From Tolypothrix carrinoi HA7290-LM1 (GTDB lineage Bacteria > Cyanobacteriota > Cyanobacteriia > Cyanobacteriales > Nostocaceae), in assembly GCA_019358935.1 (NCBI GenBank), contig JAHHIK010000013.1, forward strand, positions 1-64,000: a DNA stretch of 64,000 bases. Reading direction: 5' to 3'. Positions 32,328 to 44,109 of this stretch are shown piece after piece. The translations under genes were made by a program, and so were the position numbers. Below the pieces are notes generated by a model. The model was not told the origin of the DNA. It saw only the letters and a list, made by a program, of their open reading frames with translations, and did not search any database. Within the stretch, counting starts at the first letter, position 1; each line of letters starts with the position of its first letter.

Positions 32328-35300
32328 TTGATGAAACGTACTTTTAGAGTATTTTTACTGCTGCTGGGTTTGTGGCTGTTATTTGATTTAGCCTCACACC
32401 TAGCAGCAGAAATTCTTTGGTTTGATGAAGTTGGATATTTACAAGTATTCTGGTTGCGCTTATTGACGCAACTGGGGTTGTGCGCGATCGCTTTTTTCAC
32501 TTCCGCAGCTTTTTTGCTGTTTAACTTAGCTATAGCCAATCGGGGAGAGGGGGAGTGGAAGAGTGGGGGAGTGGGGAAGTGGGGGACAAGGGGGACAAGG
32601 GAGACAAGGGGGACAAGGGGCACTTTGCAGGGGGAGTTTGCCCCCTCATCTTCCTTGTCTTCACGCCAGCCGCTACAACGGAGGGAACCTCCGCAACGCG
32701 CTGGCTCCCCATCTCCCTTGTCTCCCTTGTCTTCCCCATCCCCCCCTCCCCCCCTCCCTCCAAGACTGAGTTTGCGTTTTCTCCTACCGATGGTGTTAGG
32801 ACTGAGTGTACTGCTGGGATTGATTTTGATTCACTATTGTCAGGAAACCCTGAACTTTTGGCATTTTTTAGAAAAGTCTCTACTGAGTTCTTTTTACTCA
32901 AAACTTGGCACTCAAAACTCAGCACTTATATTGCTGCTGGGGTTAACAATTGCGATTTTGAGTAATTACCAGTTTTGCTTAAATGCGATCGCCTTACTCA
33001 TTAGTTTACTTTTCGGTTTTCTGCTTTCTGCACGCTGGGATAAATTTTTACAGTATTTCCATAGCACTAGTTTTCAAGAAACTGAGCCATTATTTCACAA
33101 AGATATTAACTTTTATGTCTTCTCTCTACCTATTTGGGAATTGTTAGCATCTTGGTTGTTAGGACTACTTTTATACAGCACAGCATCAGTAGCATTAATT
33201 TATCTGCTATCGGGCAATAGTTTGAGTGAAGGTAGATTTAAAGGCTTTTCTGTATCGCAGCGACTGCATTTAAACGCTTTAACTAGCTTATTGATGTTAG
33301 CGATCGCTTTTCATTATTACTTGCAGCGCTACGACCTTTTATATTCTACTGATGGCGTAAACTACGGCGCTAGTTACACCGCTGTGGAAATACAGTTACC
33401 AATTTACACCTGGTTGAGTTTTTTAGCAGTGGCGATCGCCATTTACCTGCTATTGCGAGTAATAATTTTGTCCAAAGCGAAAAAAACCAGCTTCAAATCG
33501 GTTCCTTACCCGCGTCAACTGATTTACACTTTAGGAATTTATTTAATAATAGCGGCAATTTCTGGTAATATATTACCTTCGGCAGTTCAACGCTTCATCG
33601 TTCAACCAAATGAACTCGCCCGCGAACGTCCATACATTCAGCGCACGATTGAACATACCCGACAGGCATTTAATTTAAATCAGATTGAAGCGCAAACCTT
33701 CGATCCTAGAGGTGAACTAACAGCGGCGATTTTGCAAGAAAATGACCAGACAATTCGCAATATTCGCCTTTGGGATACACGTCCATTGCTAGAAACCAAT
33801 CGTCAATTACAACAAATCCGACCTTATTACAAGTTCCCAGGTGCTGATATTGACCGCTATACCCTGAAGAAGGAGGGGAGTGGGGGAGGGGGAGACGGGG
33901 GGACAGGGGGACAAGGAGGACAAGGAGGACAAGGGGGAGAGGGGGAAGCTGGAAAGCTGAATGCTCAAGCTTTGACGGAGAAGCAACAGACGATTATTGC
34001 GGCGCGGGAACTAGATTATACGGCGGTTCCGCAGCAGGCGCAGACTTGGGTAAACAAACATTTAGTGTATACTCATGGTTACGGGTTTACACTTAGTCCG
34101 GTGAATACTGTAGTTTCTGGCGGCTTACCCGATTATTACGTTAAGGATATTGGAGTTGATAGCGGTAAAGGTTCTTTGCAGATATCAAATGAAGCAATTC
34201 GGGCAAGTATTCCGATTGGGGAACCGCGAATTTATTATGGTGAAAATACTAACACTTATGTAATGACAGGGACAACCAACCGAGAGTTGGACTATCCCAG
34301 CGGCAGCGAGAATGTGTATAACGTGTATGATGGACGCGGTGGAATTGCGATTGGTGCTAAATGGCGACGGTTGTTGTTTGCTGAGTATCTAAAAGATTGG
34401 CAAATGCTGCTGACACGAAATTTTCACTCTCGAACGAAGTTGCTATTTCGGCGCAATATTTTAGAAAGGGTTAAAGCGATCGCTCCTTTTTTACGTTACG
34501 ATAGCGATCCTTATTTAGTCGCAGCGGATGCGGGTGGAACTAATAGCAAAGACGAAAAAACTTATCTTTACTGGATTTTGGACGCTTACACTACAAGCGA
34601 TCGCTATCCTTATTCTGACCCAGGAAACAATAAATTTAATTACATCCGCAACTCTGTAAAAGTCGTCATCGATGCCTATAATGGCACTGTTAATTTCTAC
34701 GTTGCCGATCCACAAGACCCAATTATCAACACTTTAGCGGCTATTTTTCCCAACCTGTTAAAACCTCTTTCTGTGATGCCAGATGCTCTCAAAAGTCATA
34801 TCCGCTATCCGGTGGATTTGTTCAGCATTCAATCTGAACGTTTGCTAGCTTATCACATGACCGATCCACAGGTATTTTACAACCGCGAAGATTTGTGGCA
34901 GATACCCACCGAGATTTATGGAAGCGAACCGCGTCCGGTGCAGCCTTATTATTTAATTATGAAGCTGCCAACCGCTGCCACAGAAGAGTTTATTTTGCTG
35001 CTTCCTTTTACACCAACTCAACGTGCTAACTTAATCGCTTGGTTGGCTGCGCGTTCCGATCAAGAAGAATACGGTAAACTGCTGCTTTATCAGTTTCCCA
35101 AACAGCAACTGATTTATGGACAAGAACAAATAGAAGCTTTGATTAACCAAGATCCGGTGATTTCTCAGCAGATTTCTTTGTGGAATCGCGCCGGTTCGCG
35201 GGCGATTCAGGGTAATTTGTTAGTAATTCCGATTGAGCAATCTCTTCTGTATGTTGAACCTCTGTATTTGGAAGCCGAACAAAATAGCCTGCCAACTTTA

Positions 35301-35429
35301 GTCAGGGTAATTGTAGTTTACCAAAACCGCATCGTCATGGCAGAAACTTTACAAAAGGCAATAGATGCCGTTTTCCAGTCAAAGACTCCAAATACACCTG
35401 CGATCGTCCGTCCTGTGAGTAATTCGTAG
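32328..35429 (+). CDS. UPF0182 family membrane protein with two repeat-derived in-frame insertions
   Basis: [50 protein letters not shown]. Confidence 0.9.
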   Translation: MMKRTFRVFLLLLGLWLLFDLASHLAAEILWFDEVGYLQVFWLRLLTQLGLCAIAFFTSAAFLLFNLAIANRGEGEWKSGGVGKWGTRGTRETRGTRGTLQGEFAPSSSLSSRQPLQRREPPQRAGSPSPLSPLSSPSPPPPLPPRLSLRFLLPMVLGLSVLLGLILIHYCQETLNFWHFLEKSLLSSFYSKLGTQNSALILLLGLTIAILSNYQFCLNAIALLISLLFGFLLSARWDKFLQYFHSTSFQETEPLFHKDINFYVFSLPIWELLASWLLGLLLYSTASVALIYLLSGNSLSEGRFKGFSVSQRLHLNALTSLLMLAIAFHYYLQRYDLLYSTDGVNYGASYTAVEIQLPIYTWLSFLAVAIAIYLLLRVIILSKAKKTSFKSVPYPRQLIYTLGIYLIIAAISGNILPSAVQRFIVQPNELARERPYIQRTIEHTRQAFNLNQIEAQTFDPRGELTAAILQENDQTIRNIRLWDTRPLLETNRQLQQIRPYYKFPGADIDRYTLKKEGSGGGGDGGTGGQGGQGGQGGEGEAGKLNAQALTEKQQTIIAARELDYTAVPQQAQTWVNKHLVYTHGYGFTLSPVNTVVSGGLPDYYVKDIGVDSGKGSLQISNEAIRASIPIGEPRIYYGENTNTYVMTGTTNRELDYPSGSENVYNVYDGRGGIAIGAKWRRLLFAEYLKDWQMLLTRNFHSRTKLLFRRNILERVKAIAPFLRYDSDPYLVAADAGGTNSKDEKTYLYWILDAYTTSDRYPYSDPGNNKFNYIRNSVKVVIDAYNGTVNFYVADPQDPIINTLAAIFPNLLKPLSVMPDALKSHIRYPVDLFSIQSERLLAYHMTDPQVFYNREDLWQIPTEIYGSEPRPVQPYYLIMKLPTAATEEFILLLPFTPTQRANLIAWLAARSDQEEYGKLLLYQFPKQQLIYGQEQIEALINQDPVISQQISLWNRAGSRAIQGNLLVIPIEQSLLYVEPLYLEAEQNSLPTLVRVIVVYQNRIVMAETLQKAIDAVFQSKTPNTPAIVRPVSNS

Positions 35430-35472
35430 TAAGCGCTTCAGCGCTTAAATAAGCGCTCTTCTCGCTTACTAC
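35426..35472. repeat. GTAG-type REP-like palindromic doublet
   Basis: GTAGTAAGCGCT...CGCTTACTAC, with related copies at 37687-37734 and 56536-56583. Confidence 0.7.
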
Positions 35473-35484
35473 AAATCCCCAACT

Positions 35485-36075
35485 ATGAAAAAAGAACAAT
35501 TTCAAACATTATTACAATTTTTCAAAGCTTTAGCAGACGAAAGCCGATTGAAAATTTTGGGTATTTTGGCAAATCAGGAATGTAGCGTTGAAGAATTAGC
35601 AGCGCTATTGCAACTCAAAGAGCCGACTGTATCTCATCATTTAGCGAAACTCAAGGAACTCAATTTGGTAACTATGCGCTCTGAGGGGAACAGCCACCTG
35701 TATCAGTTAGATAGCGAGGCTTTACAAAGCATTAGTAAGGAAATTTTCACACCTGAGAAAATAGCATCCTTGGTTGAGGATGTTGATAATGAAGCGTGGT
35801 CAAACAAAGTATTAAAAACCTATCTAGAGGGTGATGTTTTTAGCAATGAATCTGTGCATCGTCTGAAAGAAATTCCTGCAAGCCGCAAAAAGCGCTTAGT
35901 AATTCTCAAGTGGTTGGTAAGCAAATTTGAAATGGGAGTCAAATATTCAGAACCAGAGGTGAATGAAATTCTCAAGCGCTACCATCCTGACTGCGCTACT
36001 TTACGACGAGAGTTCATTGGCTACCAGTTAATGCAGCGAGAAAATTCTGTTTACTGGCGCTTGTCGTCGCCGTGA
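35485..36075 (+). CDS. ArsR-family regulator with C-terminal DUF2087 domain (paralog 1)
   Basis: FFKALADESRLKILG, TVSHHL, IPASRKKR, YHPDCATLRRE. Confidence 0.88.
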   Translation: MKKEQFQTLLQFFKALADESRLKILGILANQECSVEELAALLQLKEPTVSHHLAKLKELNLVTMRSEGNSHLYQLDSEALQSISKEIFTPEKIASLVEDVDNEAWSNKVLKTYLEGDVFSNESVHRLKEIPASRKKRLVILKWLVSKFEMGVKYSEPEVNEILKRYHPDCATLRREFIGYQLMQRENSVYWRLSSP

Positions 36076-36194
36076 ATATTTACAAAACTTTACGCACTTT
36101 TTCACCGAATAACGAACCGCAGAGAACGCGGAGGACACGGAGGAATGAGAGGAGCGAGAGGTGTTTTGCGTAAATCTTGGCAAAGTCAAACCTT

Positions 36195-36232
36195 ATTAGA
36201 TATACTTCTAATTAGATAGGTGTCTAATTAGA
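36195..36232. promoter_or_regulatory. Overlapping palindromic operator ATTAGA-N6-TCTAAT x2
   Basis: 36195-36212 and 36211-36228, plus a further ATTAGA half-site at 36227-36232, just upstream of paralog 2. Confidence 0.6.
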
Positions 36233-36240
36233 GTTAGAAA

Positions 36241-36819
36241 ATGCAAAAAGAATCATTTCACATTTTGCTGCGCTTTTTCAAAGCGTTGGCGGACGATAGT
36301 AGATTAAAGATTGTGGGTATTTTGGCTAACCAGGAGTGCAGTGTCGAAGAATTGGCGATGCTACTGCATCTCAAAGAAGCAACGATATCCCATCATTTGA
36401 CGAAATTAAACGAACTTAAGTTAGTAAAAATGCGCTTTTCAGGTAATACCCAGTTATACAAACTTGATAGCAAAATTTTGCAAAGCATCAGCAAGGAGAT
36501 TTTTACATCTGTTGAGATGGATTGCTTGGTTGAGGATGGGGAAACTCAAGTGTGGTCAAACAAAGTATTGAAAAATTATATAGCGAGCGATCGCACCAAC
36601 TCCCACCCACGTCTAAAAGAAATTCCTGCAAGTCGCAAAAAACGCTTAGTGATTCTCAAGTGGTTAGCAAACAACTTTGAAATAAAAGTCAACTACCCAG
36701 AATCGAAGGTAAATGAAATTCTCAAGCGCTACCACCCAGACTGCGCTACTTTACGACGAGAGTTGATTGGCTATCAGTTGATGCAGCGAGAAAATTCAGT
36801 TTATTGGCGTCAGGTATAA
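36241..36819 (+). CDS. ArsR-family regulator with DUF2087 domain (paralog 2)
   Basis: Same motifs as paralog 1 and visibly similar throughout. Confidence 0.88.
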   Translation: MQKESFHILLRFFKALADDSRLKIVGILANQECSVEELAMLLHLKEATISHHLTKLNELKLVKMRFSGNTQLYKLDSKILQSISKEIFTSVEMDCLVEDGETQVWSNKVLKNYIASDRTNSHPRLKEIPASRKKRLVILKWLANNFEIKVNYPESKVNEILKRYHPDCATLRRELIGYQLMQRENSVYWRQV

Positions 36820-36849
36820 GTTTAAAAGCAGGAGTTTCGATTTATCTAT

Positions 36850-37650
36850 CTAAGCAGTAAATTGGCGCACTGCTCGCACTAAATCATCAGGTGTGCCAAT
36901 ATCTAAATAAGTACCATCGGGAAATGCTTCGGCTTCTACGTGGAAACCTTGTTGAATAGCAGCCTGAATTACATCGCCAATGGGTATTTCTGGTAGCTGT
37001 GATAAGTTGCTTTTAGCTTTGAGAGTAATCAAATATTGATGTAAAAACTCTGTAAAAGTTGATTTCCAAACAGCAATACCCCACATATATTGCAAATTTG
37101 ACTGCGGAGGTTTTTCGATAATTAAACGGACTCTACCTGTATCATCGAAGTCAACCATACCCGCTTTCTGCGGTTTATCTGTGGGGAATAATCCTAAAAC
37201 CACATCGGCATCACTTGCCTGTTGGCGTGCAATAATTAATTTAAAAGCATCTTCCGGCTGAAAGAGAATATCAGGAAAACCCAAAGCTACCAGCGCATCA
37301 CCGACAAACGGATAAGCTTGATCTAAAGTGAAGGGGACACCAAAAGGCAAATTCATAATTAAATAGCCCAAATTCATGGAAAGCATCTCACCATCGCCAA
37401 AATAGGCGGGAATGTCCCATTTACCCGATCGCAATATAAAATAAGCCTTATCAATTCCTGCTAGCTGCATTTTTTCTAGCAGATAGTGACAAACTACTTT
37501 TGGTCGTAAGTTGAATTCATCACCTACAGACCGAAAGCCAATCGGATATAATTCTTTACTTAGTGGTAAAGGTGAAATCCGTGTTGCGTATCCACCCGCA
37601 GGTAACAGTCCAATGATTTGGGGCTTTTTTAGGCGATCGCTATTATTCAT
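36850..37650 (-). CDS. Sugar-phosphate nucleotidyltransferase (glucose-1-phosphate thymidylyltransferase-like)
   Basis: GLLPAGGYATRISPLPLSKEL, YLDIGT. Confidence 0.85.
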   Translation of the reverse strand: MNNSDRLKKPQIIGLLPAGGYATRISPLPLSKELYPIGFRSVGDEFNLRPKVVCHYLLEKMQLAGIDKAYFILRSGKWDIPAYFGDGEMLSMNLGYLIMNLPFGVPFTLDQAYPFVGDALVALGFPDILFQPEDAFKLIIARQQASDADVVLGLFPTDKPQKAGMVDFDDTGRVRLIIEKPPQSNLQYMWGIAVWKSTFTEFLHQYLITLKAKSNLSQLPEIPIGDVIQAAIQQGFHVEAEAFPDGTYLDIGTPDDLVRAVRQFTA

Positions 37651-37686
37651 AAGTAATTCAAATTAATATTCTTATAATTTTTTACG

Positions 37687-37734
37687 TAGTAAGCGCTGAA
37701 GCGCTTTCTTTTTAAGCGATAAATCGCTTACTAC
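37687..37734. repeat. GTAG-type REP-like palindromic doublet
   Basis: GTAGTAAGCGCTGAAGCGCTT...AAGCGATAAATCGCTTACTAC. Confidence 0.7.
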
Positions 37735-37813
37735 GAATATCCCTCTACTCACCAAGGGAAATTGTGAACAGAGGGAAAAAGGGGGCTGATTAAGTTTTAT
37801 TTCTAAACGGTAA

Positions 37814-38128
37814 CTACTTGACAGAGACAGCATCAACATCAATAGTGTCGGCGTTAGAGGTAGAAGCCTCAGCAGTATTAGCCGCTGTGGTATCTACATC
37901 ACCCTTACGGGCTTTAAAACCTTCAATCACTACTTGGGACATTTCCGTAACTAGTAGTGTCAAAAGGAAAACATCATCCAGTTCTCCCACAATTGGAAAG
38001 AAATCTGGCAGCACATCAAAGGGGCTAACAAAATAAAGCATAGTTCCCAAAATAACCCACCAGCGGTATTTGGGGTTGCGAAGTAAATTACGATACCAAC
38101 TGTAAACGGCTTGAATTGAGAAGTTCAT
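37814..38128 (-). CDS. YkvA/DUF1232 family protein
   Basis: YFVSPFDVLPDFFPIVGELDD. Confidence 0.88.
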   Translation of the reverse strand: MNFSIQAVYSWYRNLLRNPKYRWWVILGTMLYFVSPFDVLPDFFPIVGELDDVFLLTLLVTEMSQVVIEGFKARKGDVDTTAANTAEASTSNADTIDVDAVSVK

Positions 38129-38345
38129 GTTTTAGACCTCCAGTTAACTTTAATTTTGGCAAATTATGCCCTAAACTTCCTGTGGGAATAACCGCCCTAA
38201 TTAGTGAGTGAAGACGCTACTCTCAAGTTACGCAAAATTCTATCTTGTGATAGTTAACACAAGTCTTGGCTGTGGTGCATTAATCTCTAAAATTAAAATG
38301 CTTTGGGATAGTTGCACGCAGAATAAATGGAGGAAACCGAAAATA

Positions 38346-39134
38346 GTGGATATTTTAGATTTGATAGAAAAGGGCGGACCGGCGATGTGGCCTTTGCTTG
38401 CCCTGTCGATTTTGTCTTTGAGCGTGATTTTCGAGCGTTTGTGGTTTTGGTTAAGAATATTAACGCAAGAAAAGGAAATAGTTGATCGCGTGTTAGATGC
38501 AGCCTGTGAAAATTGGGTAACGGCTAGGGATATTGCCAGACAAGCGACATCTCAGCCTATAGGACGCTTTCTTTTTGCGCCCTTAAACTTGCCCAAAACC
38601 GACACGGAAACGTTTAGACTGGCGCTGGAAGCAAGCGCAGAAGATGAATTAGCGGGGATGCGTCGGGGGGAAAAACTTTTAGAAGCCGTGATTGCCCTCG
38701 CGCCATTATTAGGATTGTTGGGTACGGTTTTGGGTTTGATCCAGGCTTTGCGAGCTATTCGGATTGGCGATTTGGGAACCGCATCGACAGCTGGGGTGAC
38801 TACTGGTATCGGGGAATCTTTAATTAGTACGGCAGCAGGGCTAATTGTGGCGATCGTTAGTTTGGTATTTTATCGTTTATTTCAAAGTTTTCTCGTCAAC
38901 CAAGTGAAAGTATTTCGCAAGGCAGGGAATGATATGGAATTACTTTACCGGCAGTCACCGCCTGATTTTAGCAATAATCCATTAGAAAAAGCGCTGTTGC
39001 CCGCTCGAGAGCGAGATTCCTCACCCCAAAAGTTCTCTGCACCCCGCAAAAGAGGTAGAAACAAGTTTTCGCAAGTTCCTCCAGAATCTCCACCAACCGA
39101 ATCTGATTCACATTCATCAGATCCAGAGCAATAG
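38346..39134 (+). CDS. exbB: MotA/TolQ/ExbB proton channel family protein
   Basis: KGGPAMWPL, APLLGLLGTVLG, GIGESLISTAAGL. GTG at 38346 preferred as start. Confidence 0.88.
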   Translation: MDILDLIEKGGPAMWPLLALSILSLSVIFERLWFWLRILTQEKEIVDRVLDAACENWVTARDIARQATSQPIGRFLFAPLNLPKTDTETFRLALEASAEDELAGMRRGEKLLEAVIALAPLLGLLGTVLGLIQALRAIRIGDLGTASTAGVTTGIGESLISTAAGLIVAIVSLVFYRLFQSFLVNQVKVFRKAGNDMELLYRQSPPDFSNNPLEKALLPARERDSSPQKFSAPRKRGRNKFSQVPPESPPTESDSHSSDPEQ

Positions 39135-39164
39135 TCAATTATTCAAGTAAGGCGTGAAAATAAG

Positions 39165-39866
39165 ATGATGAAAGTTAACCTGCATACTCCAGTTGAAGAA
39201 GTCCAAATTCAAATCATTCCCTTAATTGATGTCGTTTTTTGTATCCTGACATTTTTTATTTTGGCGGCTTTGCAATTCACTCGACAAGAAGCGATTAATA
39301 TTAATTTGCCGGAAGCTAAAACAGGTACACCACTACCTAATACTTCAAATGCACAACTACAGTCTCAAGGGCAGATATTAACTTTGGGTATCGATGCGAT
39401 CGGTCAAACTTCCTTAGATGGACAACCGATAAAACGAGAGCAATTAGCAGAGAATTACAAAAATTATCTCAAGCAAAATCCTAATGGCATTTTGGCGTTG
39501 AAAGTTACTAAGTCAACGGCTTATAACGATGTTATGGAGATGGTAGATTTATGGAGACAACAGGGGGGTACTCAAATCTCTTTTGTAGTTCAACCTACTT
39601 TCTCATCACCACCCACATCATCACCACCTGTTATCCCCCCTTTCCCAGTTAATCCAGGCGCTGCACCTGTACCAAATACCGCGCCAGTTGCTCCCATTAA
39701 TCCACAAAGCAACCCGAACTTCAATCTACCCCCAAATGCGCCTATTCAGCCTTTGCCTGGGCAAGGGTTCAATCCTGCCCCCGGTGGCGTTTTTCCTGTT
39801 TTCCCCCAAGTGCCAGCCCCCCAAGCGCCCGCAAAACAAGCAACTCCCACGCCTGCTAAAAGGTGA
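39165..39866 (+). CDS. exbD: ExbD/TolR family protein with Pro-rich tail
   Basis: IIPLIDVVFCILTFF; follows exbB. Confidence 0.88.
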   Translation: MMKVNLHTPVEEVQIQIIPLIDVVFCILTFFILAALQFTRQEAININLPEAKTGTPLPNTSNAQLQSQGQILTLGIDAIGQTSLDGQPIKREQLAENYKNYLKQNPNGILALKVTKSTAYNDVMEMVDLWRQQGGTQISFVVQPTFSSPPTSSPPVIPPFPVNPGAAPVPNTAPVAPINPQSNPNFNLPPNAPIQPLPGQGFNPAPGGVFPVFPQVPAPQAPAKQATPTPAKR

Positions 39867-40049
39867 GATGGGTTGTTGGAAGGGGACAAGGGGACAAGGG
39901 CGACGGGCGTGGGGAGTTTGTCTCCTCATCTCCTTCCATCTCCCCATTTCCCAAAACCTAAAGAGATACAGAATTAATCTTGCTTGGCAAAAAATTCCTG
40001 CTAACTTACAGATAACTACTTAAGATTCAAATATCTTTCTATTAGGGGT

Positions 40050-40170
40050 ATAAAGTTAAAAGTTAGGAGTTAAAAGTTAAGAATTAGGAGTTGGGAATTC
40101 TTAATAACTCTTAACTCATAACTCATGACTCATAACTCATCACTTTTAACTCCTAACTCTTAACTCCTAA
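40050..40170. repeat. Inverted STRR blocks between convergent exbD and psb29
   Basis: TTAGGAG-type then AACTCAT/AACTCCT-type units. Confidence 0.75.
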
Positions 40171-40878
40171 TTATTCGTTGATAGATGGAGGAGTAACTTT
40201 AGTTGTTGATTGCTGTAAACGTTGTTCGCGTTTTTTGCGATCGGCTGAAAGCATATCTGCCATAACTACTAGTGCTTGCGCCATTTTATCTAGATTAGAA
40301 CGGTATAGATCCAAATCTTTAGTGAGTTTGTCATCAGATAAATGTAAGCCACTAGCAACGCTTTTCAGTGCTTCAGTGCGCTGTTTTTCATCTTTGACTA
40401 ATTCTGGATCTGACAGTTCTAATAAAGAAAATAAACCGATCGCAAACAAACGGCTATATTTAAAATTAGGATTGTTAGCGATCGCTAGGAGTTGTTCAGC
40501 TAAGTCAGCATCTCGATCCGTAGGAGTCGTTTGGCTTAACCACCCAATTAAATCTTTTGATGGTAAGCTTTGCGCTAAAGCCTGCAAACGGTGTGCATCT
40601 TGTTTATAACGTTGCGGATCTTCCTCTATAGCCTGACACAGGGCATTAAAAATTGACTCTTTATCTTGTTCTGGCAGATAGCCTTGCATGAAGCGGTCGA
40701 ATGTAGTGACGACGCCCAAGGCATAAATTGGATTGTAGCTAAAATCGGCATTCACTGACAGCAGATGCATTTCTACCATCAGTTCTTCCACCACTCGACG
40801 ATAAATAGTATTTATCGGGCGCGTGTGGCGGTTATAGAATGTTCGCTTTGTATCAGAGACAGTACGGACGTTATTCAC
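40171..40878 (-). CDS. psb29: Photosystem II biogenesis protein Psb29 (Thf1)
   Basis: TVSDTKRTFY, YRRVVEELMVEMHLL, FKYSRLFAIGL. Confidence 0.95.
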   Translation of the reverse strand: MNNVRTVSDTKRTFYNRHTRPINTIYRRVVEELMVEMHLLSVNADFSYNPIYALGVVTTFDRFMQGYLPEQDKESIFNALCQAIEEDPQRYKQDAHRLQALAQSLPSKDLIGWLSQTTPTDRDADLAEQLLAIANNPNFKYSRLFAIGLFSLLELSDPELVKDEKQRTEALKSVASGLHLSDDKLTKDLDLYRSNLDKMAQALVVMADMLSADRKKREQRLQQSTTKVTPPSINE

Positions 40879-41070
40879 AAAGAAAATCTTTTGGGCGACG
40901 TATCTTTATTCTCTCGCTTCACGGCAACTTTGCCAAGTTGAGGTTTACACAAGTATTGACTGCTTGATTTGCGTTTTGGACAATTATCTTTTAACACACC
41001 ACAAGAGTTGGGAATCCTCAGCTGGACAAAACTATGCAAAAATTATGATACGTCATAATTGTGCATCAAT

Positions 41071-41661
41071 ATGAGCTTCTCGCCACAGTTAACTGCCTTA
41101 GCTGAATATTTGGCTGGTGAATTTGATAATCGCGCTCAAGCTTTAGCCGATCCAGCTTGGTATGTTCACTTACGAATGTGGCAAAGACCTGTTGCTTTAT
41201 TTTCAGAAGACAGTTTTACCCTGTTTGCTGAACAAGCCAATGTTCTTAAATTAGATCAGCCTTACCGTCAGCGAATTATGCGCTTACAGCAAAAAGGTGA
41301 CGCTGATGCTATCCAAGTCCAATATTATATGCCTAAAGATCCAGACGCCTTAAAATGCGCTGGTCAAAACCCCGCTTTACTTAATACCCTGACACCAGAC
41401 CAATTAAATTTACTACCAGGCTGCATCCTTTCTGTTACGCAGCAAGAAATAAGTCCCAATTGCTACAAATTTACAGCGACTGCACCGCCAGACACTCGCT
41501 GTTGCTTTACTTATAGTGGCAATACCATCCAAGTATCCTTAGGGTTTGAAGCCACTAAAAACGAATTTTATAGCTACGACAAAGGAATTGATCCGGAAGG
41601 AAAAGCAACTTGGGGAGCGATTATGGGTCCTTATCGCTACACCAAACAAAATCAATTATGA
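41071..41661 (+). CDS. cpcT: CpcT/CpeT-family chromophore lyase
   Basis: LAGEFDNRAQA, PYRQR, SYDKGID, WGA..GPY. Confidence 0.85.
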   Translation: MSFSPQLTALAEYLAGEFDNRAQALADPAWYVHLRMWQRPVALFSEDSFTLFAEQANVLKLDQPYRQRIMRLQQKGDADAIQVQYYMPKDPDALKCAGQNPALLNTLTPDQLNLLPGCILSVTQQEISPNCYKFTATAPPDTRCCFTYSGNTIQVSLGFEATKNEFYSYDKGIDPEGKATWGAIMGPYRYTKQNQL

Positions 41662-41800
41662 GTTAGGAGTTAGGAGTTAGGAGTTAGGAGTTATGAGTTA
41701 GGAGTTATGAGTTAGGAGTTATGAGTTATTTAATTAACTCCTCACTCCTCACTTTTAACTCTTAACTTTTTTAAGATCACTCTTAACTTCTAACTTCTTT
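41659..41800. repeat. Inverted STRR blocks between convergent genes
   Basis: GAGTTAG/GAGTTAT tandem followed by the inverse block. Confidence 0.8.
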
Positions 41801-41801
41801 T

Positions 41802-42170
41802 TTAGCTTGCGATGCTGCGAGGTACACCTTCTAAAGCTTCCTCTTCAGTTTCAAAGATTTCAAAGACTGTATCCATCATCGTCACTTCAAACACCAGTTT
41901 TGCTTCTGGATGTACATTACAGATGCGGAAACTACCTTTTACTTTATCAGCATCACGCATCCCCGCGACTAAAGATGTCAAACCAGAACTATCAATAAAA
42001 TTCACTCCTCCGAGATTAACAACTACATGGCGACTCAGTTTGGAGATACATTCCTGTAACTTCAAGCGAAATTGCCAAGCTGTGGTAATATCTAGGCGAC
42101 CGGATGGAGTTAAGACAATAACGATATTGCCATCTTGAGTTGTATAAGTTTTTTGATCTATATGAATCAC
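41802..42170 (-). CDS. STAS-domain anti-sigma factor antagonist
   Basis: GRLD, VNFIDSSGL, VFEIF. Confidence 0.9.
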   Translation of the reverse strand: MIHIDQKTYTTQDGNIVIVLTPSGRLDITTAWQFRLKLQECISKLSRHVVVNLGGVNFIDSSGLTSLVAGMRDADKVKGSFRICNVHPEAKLVFEVTMMDTVFEIFETEEEALEGVPRSIAS

Positions 42171-42444
42171 GCTCGCCTCCCGTTGGCGCTGCTGTCAAAT
42201 TGACATCGGCTGTATTTAGCGTTGGACTAGTGAGCCAAAAGATTTTTTAAAAGTAATCTTTATCACTTTGCTACTGATACACAGTTTAGAAGCTGATAGT
42301 GAAATAGTTGGCTCACCAATTGAAAAAAAACGTCCAATGCTTATGCTTGAGATTAACAAGCAACAGCCAAAACTGTCACTTTTTTTTGCTAAGTGCTTTC
42401 TTTTAGTAGTTTAACTCACCAAAAGAGTGCTGAACGGAAAGTCG

Positions 42445-42648
42445 GGAGTGGGGAGTGGGGAGTGGGGAGTAGGGAATGGGGGGAGTGGGGGACAAAAAGA
42501 CAAGGGGGACTCCTTGGAGACAAGGAGGACAAGGGGGATAAGGAGACAAGGAGATAATTAACTCCTAACAACTAACAACTAACAACTAACAACTAACTCC
42601 GTGCCTCCGTGCCTCCGTGCCTCCGTGCCTCCGTGCCTCCGTGCCTCT
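42445..42648. repeat. Composite repeat block (GGGAGTG, GGACAAG, AACTAAC, CTCCGTGC x6)
   Basis: Directly visible; octamer tandem at 42597-42644. Confidence 0.85.
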
Positions 42649-43695
42649 CTACTCAGCACTGTGGTTTGGTGTCCAGTTTGCCCAATCTTGAGGTTTAAGA
42701 AAGGTTTCATATAACTCAGCTTCGGGGGAATTAGGTTCTGGCTGATAGCCGTATTCCCAGCGCACTAGGGGAGGTAAAGACATGAGAATAGATTCGGTGC
42801 GTCCGTTGGTTTGCAGACCAAAAATAGTGCCTCGGTCATAAACCAAGTTAAATTCTACATACCGACCCCGACGATAAAGTTGAAAATTCCGTTGGCGATC
42901 GCCATATTCTGTATTATGTCGCCGTTCAACAATTGGCACGTAAGATGGTAAAAATGCATTACCACATTCTTGCACAAAAGTAAATAATTCTTCCCAACTG
43001 CGTGATTCTGGCGCACCTAGCTGATTGCTGTAAATAGCCGCCTCACCATCTGGATGGGGACCGCGATATAATTCACCTTCACCATGTTGGTAATCAAAAA
43101 ATAGACCACCTACACCCCGCGTTTCTCCGCGATGCTTGAGGTAGAAATATTCATCACACCAGCGCTTAAACACTTGATAATATTCTGAGTGATGCTTATC
43201 ACATGCTCCTTTGATAGTTTGATGAAAATGTGCTGCATCTTCAGCGAACGGGTAATAAGGAGTTAAATCCGCACCGCCACCAAACCACCACACCGGACCT
43301 GCTTCAAAATAACGATAATTGAGGTGAACAGTTGGCACGTAAGGGTTACGAGGATGTAACACCATTGAAGTACCCGTAGCATACCAGCGGTGTCCTTCTG
43401 CGTCTGGGCGTTGGGTTAAAATAGAGGGTGGTAGGTGTTCTCCCCAAACTTCAGAAAAACCGACACCAGCTTGTTCAAAGATTGCACCCTCACGCATAAC
43501 ACGCGATCGCCCTCCACCTCCTTCTGGACGTTCCCAACTATCTTGTTGGAACTTACCCACACCATCCACGTCTTCCAGGGTTTGAGCAATTTTGTCCTGC
43601 AACTGTTTCATAAACTGACTCACCCTAGCCTTAGCGTCAGCTGGCGGTAAAGACTTAGATGATTCGGTTTGGCGATGAAGCGAGTTGGTCAACAT
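42649..43695 (-). CDS. hemF: Oxygen-dependent coproporphyrinogen III oxidase
   Basis: [43 protein letters not shown]. Confidence 0.97.
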   Translation of the reverse strand: MLTNSLHRQTESSKSLPPADAKARVSQFMKQLQDKIAQTLEDVDGVGKFQQDSWERPEGGGGRSRVMREGAIFEQAGVGFSEVWGEHLPPSILTQRPDAEGHRWYATGTSMVLHPRNPYVPTVHLNYRYFEAGPVWWFGGGADLTPYYPFAEDAAHFHQTIKGACDKHHSEYYQVFKRWCDEYFYLKHRGETRGVGGLFFDYQHGEGELYRGPHPDGEAAIYSNQLGAPESRSWEELFTFVQECGNAFLPSYVPIVERRHNTEYGDRQRNFQLYRRGRYVEFNLVYDRGTIFGLQTNGRTESILMSLPPLVRWEYGYQPEPNSPEAELYETFLKPQDWANWTPNHSAE

Positions 43696-44109
43696 AATAA
43701 ATTCAGCAACCTAAATTACAATTTCTAAAAAGCAACAAATCTCTCAACTTAAACATTTGCAGGCAATACGCGCCAAAAAAACCGACTCAAATCGCCCAAC
43801 TTAAGAGCGTTACAGTCAAGCATTCACCCACCAAACGTGGGCATAACTAAAGATATTGTCCCTCAAATGTGTATAGGCTTGTATATTGACTAAGTTTTTT
43901 ATGCCTAATTTATGTGAACATTTAAGTGTGATACCAAGTTGCAATTAAAAGATATTACTTTGAGATTGCGTGTAGGGGCATAGGGCGTACAAAAAAATAA
44001 ACATATAAACGCGCATTGGGCATTGGGCATGGGGCATCGTCCAAGTGGGCATCGTCCAAGTGGGCATACAAAGAAATTTGGCTTTATTACCAATGCCCAA
44101 TGCCCCATG

